Part shown: one piece after another, positions 38,937 to 49,304 of the stretch
Layout of the letters: each line of letters opens with the position of its first letter
Numbering within the stretch: position 1 is the stretch's first letter
From: an uncultured cyanobacterium
GTDB lineage: Bacteria; Cyanobacteriota; Cyanobacteriia; Cyanobacteriales; CAWCAG01
NCBI GenBank assembly: GCA_963803805.1
Contig: CAWDOD010000002.1
Span: 1,280,001-1,344,000, forward strand
Reading direction: 5' to 3'
DNA: 64,000 nucleotides
Position numbers and translations under genes: made by a program
Notes under the pieces: generated by a model
What the model saw: only the letters and a program-made list of their open reading frames with translations
The model's database searches: none
Told to the model about the DNA's origin: nothing

Positions 38937-40430
38937 ATGACTATCTCGAAAAAAACTAGATTCCTTGCCAACATTAAAGCGAAAAATAAAAGAGTTCGTA
39001 CTGCTAGTCTTTGGTTTGAAAGGTTGATGGCAATTTTGGCTGCTATCAACCTCCTTTTAGTACTATTTGACTTAAGCTACATTCCCTTAAGAAATTTTTG
39101 GCTACAAGGCAGAATTAATGTTTTTGGAGTCTTGCTTGAAGTACCTCTTCCCCCGGTAACTGATTGGTACGATCCTATTAAAGGTATTGAACCAGAACGA
39201 GATACAACTAAGTACTTAGAACAAGTAGAGGAATTAGAAAATAAACTAATTGGTGAAACTTTAACTTCTCCAGATGTCGCCAAACTTCTTGAAGAATTGC
39301 GTTTTAGAAGTATGGAAATGATTGATACCAATCCTTTTGAAATTGCCAATAAAACAGGGACTTTAGAGAAGATCAAAAATCGGATGCGGGAGCATATTTT
39401 CTCTACAGAAGATGCTTCTTCTAAGGACGCATTTCAGCAATTCTGGAGTCAAGAATATTTAAGGCAAAATAATGGTAAGGAAGAATTAGACTTTTTCAAC
39501 ACAGAAATTCGTCCCCTGATGGAAACCAACTACTATCGCCCCATTGGCGAAAGTGGCGAACCTTTTGATAGATTTGGTTTCCTTGACTTTCCTTTCGGAG
39601 TAATTTTTGCTATCGAACTTCTAGCCCGTAGTTGGTTTATTAGTCGTAGTCGTACTGGGGTTAGTTGGTTAGATGCAATGTTGTGGCGTTGGTACGATAT
39701 TTTCTTGTTAATTCCTGTTTTCCGGTGGTTACGTTTTATTCCTGTCACCATTCGTTTAAGCCAAGCAGAATTAATCGATCTCAATAAGATTAAGAAGCAA
39801 GCAAGTCAAGGTTTTGTAGCCGGTATTGCTGAGGATTTAACGGAAGTGGTAATTGTTAGTACCCTCAACCAAGTTCAAGGTTCCATTCGCCGAGGGGAGA
39901 TTGCCAAAATCATCTCTCAGCAAGAGGCCAATCCTTATATTGATATTAACAATACTAACGAAACAGCAGAGATTGCTAAGTTAGTAATCGAAATGTTTGT
40001 CTATCAAGTATTGCCAAAAATAAAACCGGATGTAGAGGCTTTATTGCAACATAATATTAGCAAAGTTTTTACTGAATTACCTGCCCATGAAGGTATACAA
40101 ATGCTTCCGGGAGTAGAAACTATAGAAAGAAATTTAATTAAACAACTATCAGCAAGAATTTTTCAAACAGTTAATGAAAGTCTCCAAGGTGCTTTAAAAG
40201 AGGATAAAGTCAATGAGGAGTTGATGGAGCATTTAATTGAAAAGCTTAGTAAAGTTTTGGCCGAAGAAATTCAAGCAAAACAAACGATAGAAACTATTCA
40301 ATCTTTATTAGACGCTCTCATTGAAGAAATCAAAATTAACTACGTTGAACGCCTTTCTCAAGAAGATGTCGAAGAAATTCTAGAACAAACAAGAGCTTTA
40401 CGTCAAATGACTCGAAACGTTAAACCATGA
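38937..40430 (+). CDS. Hypothetical membrane protein
   Basis: 497-aa ORF with TMs; DLSYIPLR, YDPIKGIEP motifs. Confidence 0.75.
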   Translation: MTISKKTRFLANIKAKNKRVRTASLWFERLMAILAAINLLLVLFDLSYIPLRNFWLQGRINVFGVLLEVPLPPVTDWYDPIKGIEPERDTTKYLEQVEELENKLIGETLTSPDVAKLLEELRFRSMEMIDTNPFEIANKTGTLEKIKNRMREHIFSTEDASSKDAFQQFWSQEYLRQNNGKEELDFFNTEIRPLMETNYYRPIGESGEPFDRFGFLDFPFGVIFAIELLARSWFISRSRTGVSWLDAMLWRWYDIFLLIPVFRWLRFIPVTIRLSQAELIDLNKIKKQASQGFVAGIAEDLTEVVIVSTLNQVQGSIRRGEIAKIISQQEANPYIDINNTNETAEIAKLVIEMFVYQVLPKIKPDVEALLQHNISKVFTELPAHEGIQMLPGVETIERNLIKQLSARIFQTVNESLQGALKEDKVNEELMEHLIEKLSKVLAEEIQAKQTIETIQSLLDALIEEIKINYVERLSQEDVEEILEQTRALRQMTRNVKP

Positions 40431-40442
40431 ACAATTATCAAT

Positions 40443-40544
40443 TATAGCAATTCTGCGACTTGTGAGGTACAGCATAGATTCTGGTTTTTGCTAATAGCTA
40501 GTGGTTGGTGGAAATATGGAAATAGACCAAATGTACCTCATGAA
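40443..40544. mobile_element. MITE-like repeat, copy 1 (right end eroded)
   Basis: TATAGCAATTCT..TGAGGTACA..TGTACCTCA; aligns with 44706-44832. Confidence 0.6.
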
Positions 40545-40685
40545 TTTTTAGTAACCTAATAGAGCAAAACATAATTTAGTTAAGAATTTTATCTTTGCGA
40601 TTTTGCAACTGTCACAGAAATAGAAAAACCAGCAAAAGCTAGAGGTAAGCTTACAACTATAAAGAAGCATTACTTGAATAAGATC

Positions 40686-42083
40686 ATGGTGACAGAGAAA
40701 TTTCGCCACCAATTGCAGCAAGAAGCAAAACAGTGGCAAGAAGAAGGATTGATTGATTCTAGTTTGTATGAAAACTTAGCTACTCGCTATCAATTCAGTG
40801 AGTTAGAAACCTCAGCTAAAAACCGCTTTGTGATGATTATGCTAGGGCTAGGGAGTATCCTCCTAGGCTTAGCTATAATTACTTTTATAGCGGCTAATTG
40901 GCAGGTTTGGTCAAGGGAATTAAAAGTAGTTTTACTGCTAAGTTTGTTTATCCTCATCAACACAGCAGGCTTTTATCTCTGGCGGCAACCTACGCAATCC
41001 TGGCAATTCCGTTCGGGACAAGGATTGCTGCTGCTAGGATCTTTAGTATTAGGGGCAAACATAGCACTAATGTCTCAAATGTTCCACCAAACTGGGCCAG
41101 TTTATCAACTGTACCTTATTTGGGGTGCAGGAGTGCTAGTTATGGCTTATTTTTTAAGATCAACTTTCTTGGGAATCCTGGCTACTATCCTCATCACTAT
41201 CAGCCATGTTTGGGGATTGCAAGATATGTTGAGTTTCGGAATATTTTACGAACTTTCTTACCTAAACGCATTGCGACATATGCCTTTGTTGGCTAGTGTA
41301 GTTTTAATTCCCTTAGCTTATTGGTGTCGTTCACGCTGGATTTTTGGTATAAGTGCAGTCTTAATCGCCTTCTCCTTGCAAGCTAACCTAAGTTACTATT
41401 GGCAAATAGGATTTATAGCTGCGATCGCAGTTACTTTGCCCCCTGCCTTACTATGGGGCTATCAAGATTACTTTTGGTCAAATGATGATAGTGAAAGAGC
41501 AAGTTCGTTTGCACCCATCGCCCGTGGTTTAGCAATTTTTGACCTTAGTTTGCTATTTTACATCTTTTCCTTTCACTACCTCTGGTATAGACCTGGATCT
41601 GTATATGAATCAGCCCCAAACTTGTCATCTCAAGACTGGCTAACCTTATTAGATCCTTTCTTTCTCATAGCCATAGCCATACTTTTTTGGTTGCGTCTAA
41701 GCTATTCAGTCAATCGTCGTCGTTGGCATTTAGATTCTACATCTGTGGTTATTGCTGTGATGCTGTTAACTGCGGGCTTCATTTTTTGGTGGCATATCAG
41801 CATCAATTCTTTAGAAGTCTTAGCTACCGCAGTTTTTAATATCCTCTTAGGTTTATTAGGCATTGGCTTAATTCGAGAAGCTTTAGGGGATGGTAAAAGA
41901 CTAGGTTTTTGGTGGGGAATTATTTTGGTGGTAGTGCAGATTCTTTCTCGGATGTTGGAATACAACACTAGCTTAGTCTTTAAAGCAGTTGTCTTGTTCC
42001 TTTGTGGCATAGGTGTAATTGCTGCTGGGCTTTGGTTTGAACGCTATGTTAGAACCCTACGCAACCTACCAGAAGGTGGGTAA
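40686..42083 (+). CDS. DUF2157-family multi-pass membrane protein
   Basis: W..EGLI N-terminus, LG.ILLG..IITFIAANW, GANIALMSQMFH; precedes GDYXXLXY gene. Confidence 0.8.
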   Translation: MVTEKFRHQLQQEAKQWQEEGLIDSSLYENLATRYQFSELETSAKNRFVMIMLGLGSILLGLAIITFIAANWQVWSRELKVVLLLSLFILINTAGFYLWRQPTQSWQFRSGQGLLLLGSLVLGANIALMSQMFHQTGPVYQLYLIWGAGVLVMAYFLRSTFLGILATILITISHVWGLQDMLSFGIFYELSYLNALRHMPLLASVVLIPLAYWCRSRWIFGISAVLIAFSLQANLSYYWQIGFIAAIAVTLPPALLWGYQDYFWSNDDSERASSFAPIARGLAIFDLSLLFYIFSFHYLWYRPGSVYESAPNLSSQDWLTLLDPFFLIAIAILFWLRLSYSVNRRRWHLDSTSVVIAVMLLTAGFIFWWHISINSLEVLATAVFNILLGLLGIGLIREALGDGKRLGFWWGIILVVVQILSRMLEYNTSLVFKAVVLFLCGIGVIAAGLWFERYVRTLRNLPEGG

Positions 42084-42129
42084 AATGCAAGATTGTTGAA
42101 GCAAAAAAGAAGCAAAAAAATTAAAAACC

Positions 42130-42759
42130 ATGAACTCTCCTCGTACTTCCTCCCCTTTAACCGCAGCTTGGCGTTTTTGGCTACCTTTGTGTTTGCAGAT
42201 TGTACTTATTTTAGCTATCCCTGCCCAAGCTGTTTACATTCATTTATCCGGGCAAACAGTTATACTGCAAACCGCCCCCGTAGATCCCTATGATTTCCTG
42301 CGGGGTTACTCCCAAACCTTAAGATACGAAGTCTCTCAATCAGAAACTTTCAAGGATTTGCCTGGGGCAAAAATTCTCTCACCAGACAACAACCAACAAA
42401 AGCAGCAACAAAAGCAGCAAAACATTGTCTATGTCACTTTGCAAGCCCCCGCTAATCCTAACTCTCCTTCAGGAAATCCGACACCTTGGCAACCTGTAGC
42501 CGTTAGTCGTAACCTGCCTGACAATTTGCTACCAAATCAAGTAGCCTTGCGGGGTGAACAGTATTACAATTCTATTGAATATGGTTTAGAAACCTATTAT
42601 TTCCCTGAAGATCGCCGCGACGAAATCAACAGCGATATTAGGCAAACTTTTGGTGATTCCAGCCAAGAACGACCTTTTGTGGTAGAAGTTAAAGTTGATA
42701 GTCGAGGTAATGCTGTGGCTGATAGTTTGTGGGTGCGCGATCACAAATATAAGTTTTAG
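42130..42759 (+). CDS. GDYXXLXY-domain protein
   Basis: TAPVDPYDFLRGYSQTLRY, YGLETYYFPE. Confidence 0.8.
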   Translation: MNSPRTSSPLTAAWRFWLPLCLQIVLILAIPAQAVYIHLSGQTVILQTAPVDPYDFLRGYSQTLRYEVSQSETFKDLPGAKILSPDNNQQKQQQKQQNIVYVTLQAPANPNSPSGNPTPWQPVAVSRNLPDNLLPNQVALRGEQYYNSIEYGLETYYFPEDRRDEINSDIRQTFGDSSQERPFVVEVKVDSRGNAVADSLWVRDHKYKF

Positions 42760-42834
42760 CAAATTACCTCATGTTTGCTTCTTCAGATAGTTATCTTGAA
42801 CTTCTCATTTGTAACATAATTCTTTGCTTATCAA

Positions 42835-43944
42835 TTACTCATTCTCGCCCACAAAACTAGTAAAACTTTGCTCATTAATACTATCCCAAGCCATAATTTC
42901 TTCCCGAAATTTCTTCCACTGTTCGTACACTTCCTTGAAAGTATTATCCCCCCTAGCATTCTCTTCATAAATTTCAAAAGCCGCCTTTTGTGCTGCCTTG
43001 AGGACTGCTTTGGGATAAGCCTTAAACTTAGTTCCATTTGCTTTCAAAGTTGCTAAAGATTCCCGGTTCAAAGCTTCATATTGAGAAAGCATATTTAAGT
43101 TAGCTTCGGTTGCCGCAGTTTTCAATACTTCTTGATATTCTTCCGGTAACTTTTCCCATTCACTGAGGCTAACTTGCAAATCTAAGGTTGCGCCAGGTTC
43201 CCACCAACCGGGATAATAATAAAAAGGTGCAGCTTCATTTAGTCCTAACTTTAAATCATCGTAGGGACCAACCCATTCTGCTGCATCTATAGCCCCCCTT
43301 TCTAAAGCGAGGAAGATTTCTCCTCCGGGTAAAACTTGGGGATTAACCCCCAAACGTTCCATTACTTTACCCCCCAAGCCAGGAATACGCATTTTTAAAC
43401 CCTTAAGATCTTTGAGAGACTTAATTTCTTTTTTGAACCAGCCTCCCATTTGCGTACCCGTATTACCTGCGGGGAAATTAATAATATTAAACTCGGCATA
43501 AATTTTGTGCATGGCTTCTAAACCCCCGCCGTAGTAAAGCCAAGCATTTTGTTGTTGTGCCGTTAAGCCAAAGGGCATGGAAGTAGCGAAGCCCAGGGCT
43601 GGGTTTTTACCCACATAATAATAACTGGCTGTATGACCACATTGGGCTGTGCCAGATTGTACTGCATCCAAAACTTCCAACCCTGGTACAATTTCTCCAG
43701 CAGCATAGGGAGTGATTTTGAAGCGTCCCCCTGTCATAGCTTCAACGCGATCGCAGACTGTTTTAGCCCCGCCATAGATAGTATCCAAAGATTCTGGCCA
43801 ACTAGTGACCATATTCCATTCTATAGTGGGTAAATCTCCCGTTTGGGCAGTGCTGTTATTAGTGTCTCCTTGTTTGCAAGCTTCTAAGATAGCGGCACTA
43901 GTAACACCAACAGTTACATGACTAAAAAGTTGTCTGCGTTTCAT
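42835..43944 (-). CDS. TRAP transporter substrate-binding protein (DctP/TakP-like)
   Basis: Twin-arginine signal, GNTGTQMGGWF, KMRIPG, AEWVGP. Confidence 0.88.
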   Translation of the reverse strand: MKRRQLFSHVTVGVTSAAILEACKQGDTNNSTAQTGDLPTIEWNMVTSWPESLDTIYGGAKTVCDRVEAMTGGRFKITPYAAGEIVPGLEVLDAVQSGTAQCGHTASYYYVGKNPALGFATSMPFGLTAQQQNAWLYYGGGLEAMHKIYAEFNIINFPAGNTGTQMGGWFKKEIKSLKDLKGLKMRIPGLGGKVMERLGVNPQVLPGGEIFLALERGAIDAAEWVGPYDDLKLGLNEAAPFYYYPGWWEPGATLDLQVSLSEWEKLPEEYQEVLKTAATEANLNMLSQYEALNRESLATLKANGTKFKAYPKAVLKAAQKAAFEIYEENARGDNTFKEVYEQWKKFREEIMAWDSINEQSFTSFVGENE

Positions 43945-44047
43945 CTGTTCTTCTCTTAATTAGTAATTATGGTAATTGCTAATTGCTCAGTTTAGGTAAC
44001 ATTAAGTAAAGTGAAGATATTAATAAATTAAGTTACTACTTACAACC

Positions 44048-44695
44048 ATGGTATTATTCGGATTCGGTAAAAAGCTCAACCTACCTAAACCTGAGCAAGC
44101 TTTACCAGGAAGAGATGAGCCTCTACAAGTGCCTGCTTCTCATTATGTTAATGGTAATCCCCTTAAGCCACCTTACCCAGAAGGAATGGCAAAGGCGGTG
44201 TTTGGTTTAGGCTGTTTTTGGGGCGCTGAACGCAAGTTTTGGCAATTAGAGGGGGTTTTCACCACTGCTGTAGGTTACGCGGGAGGATATACTCCTAACC
44301 CCACCTATGAAGAGGTTTGTAGCGGGATGACAGGACACAATGAAGTAGTCCTGGTGGTTTATGATCCGAAACAAATTAGCTATGAAGAATTACTAAAGGT
44401 ATTTTGGGAAAGTCATAACCCTACCCAAGGTATGCAACAAGGTAATGATGTTGGTACTCAGTATCGTTCCGGAATTTATGCTTATTCTGATGCTCAAAAA
44501 GAGTTAGCTAAAGCATCTGAAGAGACTTATCAGCAAGCTTTAACTAAGGCAGGTTTCGGGGAAATTAGTACAGAAATTATTACTGCCCCAGAGTTTTACT
44601 TTGCTGAAGGATACCATCAGCAGTATTTAGCTAAAAATCCCAATGGTTATTGTGGATTAGGAGGTACAAAAGTTAGCTGTCCGGCTTTAGTTTAA
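44048..44695 (+). CDS. msrA: Peptide-methionine (S)-S-oxide reductase
   Basis: [20 protein letters not shown]. Confidence 0.96.
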   Translation: MVLFGFGKKLNLPKPEQALPGRDEPLQVPASHYVNGNPLKPPYPEGMAKAVFGLGCFWGAERKFWQLEGVFTTAVGYAGGYTPNPTYEEVCSGMTGHNEVVLVVYDPKQISYEELLKVFWESHNPTQGMQQGNDVGTQYRSGIYAYSDAQKELAKASEETYQQALTKAGFGEISTEIITAPEFYFAEGYHQQYLAKNPNGYCGLGGTKVSCPALV

Positions 44696-44705
44696 AAGAA
44701 AAATA

Positions 44706-44832
44706 TATAGCAATTCTATGACTTGTGATGTACGGCATGGATTCTGGTTTTTTGCTAATAGCTAGTTGCTAGTTGAAGCGTAGAAATATAGAAATAGACC
44801 GAATTTACCTTATAAGTCCGAGAAACGCTATA
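44706..44832. mobile_element. MITE-like repeat, copy 2 (complete)
   Basis: Ends TATAGCAATTCT and AGAAACGCTATA are imperfect inverted repeats terminating in TA. Confidence 0.65.
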
Positions 44833-44854
44833 AGTAAGGTGGACATCAACCACC

Positions 44855-45787
44855 TTACGAGTCTTTAATTATTTTGATTAGTTGCTCTTCATCAAGAATC
44901 GGCTCGTATTTTTCTTGCCTAATTTCATTACTTTTAATATCAATTCTTACACGCTTAATAAACCGTTTAAAATCCCTATTCATTACAGTTAGCTTATTTA
45001 CTGTATCCCAATCTAGATTTTCTCTTGTTTTTGCCGGAAATAATATATCACTTGAATTGGGATCTTCTATATCAAGTTTGATTACTCCAATTCCGAAAGA
45101 ACTTGATAATCTACCTAATTCTGTTTTGAAATCGGGATTTTGAGATATTTCTGTAGCAGCTAAATAGCTTTCATTTGCCCAAGATGAATTGGAGACAGTT
45201 TGAAAAAACTTCTCTCTTAATGTAGATAAGTTTAATTCTTTTTTGACTTCAAATGAAATGAATTTTACAGAGTTATTACCAATTGCTGAGCTTAACTCAA
45301 GAACTTCATTATCCCATTCATTGATAGGAAAAACACATCCAATCATATCAGGGTGAACCCATTGTCCAAAACTTTTCTGAGCAGATTTTGTATGATTGAT
45401 TGTTTGGCAATAGCAGTTTAGGGAATAAAAACTAAAGTAAGCTAGAAATGGGTGTAAATCTTTCTCAAAATATGATTTTGTAGCAATTGTCGTTTCTTCC
45501 TCTGTTTTTCCTTTTTCATATTCTTGAAAATCTAGATCATATTTTTTGTTTTTTAAATAAAATCGTTTCGGTCTTTCTCCAATAGTTTCAAAGATGGAGT
45601 CTGGATTATCTCTTGAAACCACATAAAGTTTAGCTCCTAACGTTGCCCAAGGCGTTTTTCCAGAACTATTTAACTGTTTGTCAAGTCCTTCTTCAACAGC
45701 TAATTCCCAAATTTCATTTGGTGTTAGGGGTCTATCTATCTTTATTAAAACTTTTTTAGCTAGTTCGTGAAATGTTATTTTATTCAT
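44855..45787 (-). CDS. HTH + nuclease-like protein (COG2958/HrgA-like)
   Basis: GKTPWATL HTH; EKDLHP, W.HPD, SFEVK, FFQTVSNSSWAN. Confidence 0.75.
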   Translation of the reverse strand: MNKITFHELAKKVLIKIDRPLTPNEIWELAVEEGLDKQLNSSGKTPWATLGAKLYVVSRDNPDSIFETIGERPKRFYLKNKKYDLDFQEYEKGKTEEETTIATKSYFEKDLHPFLAYFSFYSLNCYCQTINHTKSAQKSFGQWVHPDMIGCVFPINEWDNEVLELSSAIGNNSVKFISFEVKKELNLSTLREKFFQTVSNSSWANESYLAATEISQNPDFKTELGRLSSSFGIGVIKLDIEDPNSSDILFPAKTRENLDWDTVNKLTVMNRDFKRFIKRVRIDIKSNEIRQEKYEPILDEEQLIKIIKDS

Positions 45788-45852
45788 TTGTAATACTAAA
45801 TCGGTGCTTAGGAGATTTATAATCTTAGCTTCTTTTTTCATTATTGAAAGCC

Positions 45853-46620
45853 ATGTTAACATTAAAAATATCCCAACAAAAACGAGAAGAGTTAGTTGAA
45901 TTATTAATTCAACAACTTAAGGAAAACTCTGATTTAAAAACCAAACAATGGTTCGATAATTACCTTAAGGGTGCTATTGAATACCGAGGTGTAAAAACAC
46001 CACAGGTAACTTCTTTAGTGAAGCAGTGGCATTCAGAAAATAAACTCTACAACTACGATACTAAAGAACAACTAACACTTTGTTCTGACTTAATCTCTAG
46101 CTCCTTTGCAGAAGATAAATTTGCCGGGACAATTTATCTTCAAAAGTTTCTGTTAAATAAAATCGACTATAAATTTTTATTAGCTAAGTTTGATTTACTC
46201 TTCAAACAAAGTTATTTCTTTGATTGGGCAACAACAGACTGGTTTTGTCATCGGGTTTTAGACCCAATCATTATTAAAAATGGTATCAATGCTGCTAAAA
46301 CTATAGCGAAATGGAGATATGCAGAGAACTTTTGGCAACGCCGGGCTTCTATCGTTTCTTTTAGACATGGCAGTCTCAATCAAGATTATCATCCTTTAAT
46401 TGAAGAAGTTGTTAACCATCTTGTCAAAGAAAATGAGCGTTTTATCCAAACAGGAATTGGTTGGGTTTTAGCTGATATGTCCAAGAAATATCCCCTTCAA
46501 GTAGAAGCTTTATTTCGCCAATATATTGATAATCTTAGCAAGGAAGTAATTGATCGCCACAGCAAACATCTTTACTGTCATCAAGAATTAAAACGACTGA
46601 AGAGGAAGTCAAGCCATTAA
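45853..46620 (+). CDS. DNA alkylation repair protein (AlkD-like)
   Basis: RGVKTP, DWATTDW, WQRR, FIQTGIGWVL. Confidence 0.8.
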   Translation: MLTLKISQQKREELVELLIQQLKENSDLKTKQWFDNYLKGAIEYRGVKTPQVTSLVKQWHSENKLYNYDTKEQLTLCSDLISSSFAEDKFAGTIYLQKFLLNKIDYKFLLAKFDLLFKQSYFFDWATTDWFCHRVLDPIIIKNGINAAKTIAKWRYAENFWQRRASIVSFRHGSLNQDYHPLIEEVVNHLVKENERFIQTGIGWVLADMSKKYPLQVEALFRQYIDNLSKEVIDRHSKHLYCHQELKRLKRKSSH

Positions 46621-46709
46621 AGCAACATAATGTTATCTTCGCAACTGCAACTGCTCAATAAATAAGCTATTTTAAATTTAGCGGTGCATTGAATTAATGG
46701 AGTTATAAC

Positions 46710-48431
46710 ATGACTGAAAATAGCTACGATGTTGTTATTTGTGGGGGGGGGTTGGCGGGATTAACCTTAGCCAGACAACTTAAATTAGAGATCCCTCATC
46801 TTTCTATTCTTATTCTCGACCGATTAACTAGACCTTTACCAGAAGTAACTAATAAAGTAGGAGAATCTACAGTTTATCCTGGGGCTTGTTATCTTAGCCA
46901 AGTTCTTCAGTTAGAAAAATACTTTGAGAGTGACCAATACATCTCTAAATTAGGTCTACGTTTCTTTTTTGGTAATGGTCACGATGAATTTCAAAATAGA
47001 CCAGAAGTCGGCTTAAGAGAATTTCAACCTGTCCCCCATTCTTACCAAATTAATCGTGGTAGGTTAGAAAATTATTTAAGGGAGTTAAATAGTTCCGCAG
47101 GTATCAAAATACTAGAAGGTTGCACCGTTAAAGATGTTCACCTTGGGGATACTTCAGAATCTCTTCATCAAATCACTTATACTCAAGGTTCTAATCATTG
47201 CACCCATAGTTGTCAAACCCCCTGGCTAATTGATGCCATGGGTCGTCGTCGGTTTTTACAAACTAAGCTAGGTTTGAGAAAAGCAAATGATCCGAGATTT
47301 AATGCTGTGTGGTTTCGGGTTAAGGGAAAAATTAACGTAGATGACTTTGTACCTGTTACGGAACAAAGTTGGCATAACCGCGTTCCCGGAGAAAAAAGAT
47401 ATCTTTCCACCAATCATTTATGTGGGCAAGGATATTGGATTTGGTTGATTCCTTTGGCTTCTGGACATACTAGCATCGGCATTGTTGCCCAAGAAAAGTT
47501 TCATCCCCTCCAGCAGCTTTGTAACTACGAACAAGCCTACCGTTGGTTAGGAAACCACGAACCTACTTTAGCATCTCGTCTTCAAGATAAAACTCCAGAA
47601 GACTTTATGAAGATGCCCAGGTATAGCTACTCAGCGACACAAATATTTTCTGAACAACGTTGGGGTTGTATAGGAGAAGCGGCAACTTTCCCCGATCCTT
47701 TTTACTCCCCTGGTATTGATTTAATCGCCTATGGCAACTCTTTATTAACCAAGCTGATTAAGCTAGAAAGGGAAAATAACCTTAGTACCAAAGTAGTTGA
47801 AGAAGCGAATCTCTTTTACTTAGCTTTTAGCGATAGTACAGCTTCCTTTATTCAAGAAGTTAATTATGCTTGTTTAGATCAAGGGGGAATAATGGCCATG
47901 AAATTTATTTGGGATATTGCGGCCTTTTTAAGTTCCTTTGCCCCTATTGTTATGAATACTCCCTATCTTGCTTGGGAAGAACATAGTCAAGTTTGGTACA
48001 GTGCTGCGATGAAATTTCCTAGCTTAGGAATGGCGATGGGCAGATTATGTTTAGATTGGGCTAATAAATCTCAAGGTAAGCTGGCTTATGAATTTATTGA
48101 TTATGGTAAGCTATCTTTCTTAAAAGAATTGAGAGAGCGTAATCTGCAAGCTAATAAACCTATTAGTGAGTTGATAGCTGATTTAGAAAGAAATTACCAA
48201 CGTTTAGAAGAATTAGCACAGGTAATTTTTCTTTTGGCTATAGAAGATACAATGCCAGAATTACGGAGTAAGTTTTCCGCACCAATTTGGCTTAATGTTC
48301 AAGCTATGAGTTTAGAGCCTAGCTGTTGGGAAACTGAAGGCTTGTTTAAACCAACATCGCAACCTCGTGATTTACAACCTCTGCAAAAAGATTTTGACCA
48401 GTTTAAAATGAGAATTCCTGCCTCAATATAG
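46710..48431 (+). CDS. Flavin-dependent halogenase-like protein
   Basis: GGGLAG, KVGEST, WIWLIP (WxWxIP), F.DPFYSPG. Confidence 0.75.
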   Translation: MTENSYDVVICGGGLAGLTLARQLKLEIPHLSILILDRLTRPLPEVTNKVGESTVYPGACYLSQVLQLEKYFESDQYISKLGLRFFFGNGHDEFQNRPEVGLREFQPVPHSYQINRGRLENYLRELNSSAGIKILEGCTVKDVHLGDTSESLHQITYTQGSNHCTHSCQTPWLIDAMGRRRFLQTKLGLRKANDPRFNAVWFRVKGKINVDDFVPVTEQSWHNRVPGEKRYLSTNHLCGQGYWIWLIPLASGHTSIGIVAQEKFHPLQQLCNYEQAYRWLGNHEPTLASRLQDKTPEDFMKMPRYSYSATQIFSEQRWGCIGEAATFPDPFYSPGIDLIAYGNSLLTKLIKLERENNLSTKVVEEANLFYLAFSDSTASFIQEVNYACLDQGGIMAMKFIWDIAAFLSSFAPIVMNTPYLAWEEHSQVWYSAAMKFPSLGMAMGRLCLDWANKSQGKLAYEFIDYGKLSFLKELRERNLQANKPISELIADLERNYQRLEELAQVIFLLAIEDTMPELRSKFSAPIWLNVQAMSLEPSCWETEGLFKPTSQPRDLQPLQKDFDQFKMRIPASI

Positions 48432-48505
48432 CAATTATTAGTACCATGAGCTACGAGCTAGACGTTGATAAGCTTTAATTAAATTTAGCAACTAGCAACT
48501 AGCCA

Positions 48506-49255
48506 TTAGCCATTAGCTTTTGGATCAGCTTTTTCTTCCCCCTTTCTCAAACTTACAACCTCACCAATCACCATAACCGCAGGAGAAAGAGTAAAATCTT
48601 GGGTTTCTTCTACTATGGTTGCTAAAGTTCCTTGCCAAATCTCTTGGTTGGGGCGATCGCAATTACGTATAATCGCAATGGGAAAATCAGCAGAGCGTCC
48701 ATTTTCCTGTAGCTTTTGGACAATAAGCCCTAAATTACGTCCTCCCATCAAAATAACCAAAGTATCCAATCGAGACAAAGCCTCCCAGTCTAACAACTCT
48801 GGATCATGGGCGCTCATCACCGCAAAACAACTACTTAAATCCTTATCTGTTAAAGGTATACCTGCAAGTAAAGGTGCAGCAAGGGCTGAGGAAAGACCAG
48901 GAATAACCTCAAAATCACAACTTGCCTCTCGTAAAGCTGTCATTTCTGGTTGGGCGCGACCGAAAATAAACGGATCACCACTTTTAAGACGTATAACTTG
49001 CTTACCCTGTTGACAATAATCTACCAGTAATTGGTTGATTTTAGCTTGAGGAGTACTAGGGCGATCGCCTCGTTTGCCCACATCTAACTTGACACAACTA
49101 GGAGGTACTAACTCCAAAAGTTGGGGGTCTATCAAAGCATCATAAATCAAAACCTCCCCTTGTGCCAATAACTCTTTCCCCCGCCAAGTAAGGTAAGCAA
49201 CGCTACCGGGGCCAGCCCCCAATAAATAAACTTTGCCGTATTTATTCTTTGTCAT
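48506..49255 (-). CDS. cobA: Uroporphyrinogen-III C-methyltransferase
   Basis: GAGPG, RLKSGDPFIFGR, AGIPLT. Confidence 0.9.
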   Translation of the reverse strand: MTKNKYGKVYLLGAGPGSVAYLTWRGKELLAQGEVLIYDALIDPQLLELVPPSCVKLDVGKRGDRPSTPQAKINQLLVDYCQQGKQVIRLKSGDPFIFGRAQPEMTALREASCDFEVIPGLSSALAAPLLAGIPLTDKDLSSCFAVMSAHDPELLDWEALSRLDTLVILMGGRNLGLIVQKLQENGRSADFPIAIIRNCDRPNQEIWQGTLATIVEETQDFTLSPAVMVIGEVVSLRKGEEKADPKANG

Positions 49256-49304
49256 AAGTAATCAGGATTAAGATAGAAAATAGCAAAACAAAAGCGAAGA
49301 CCTC

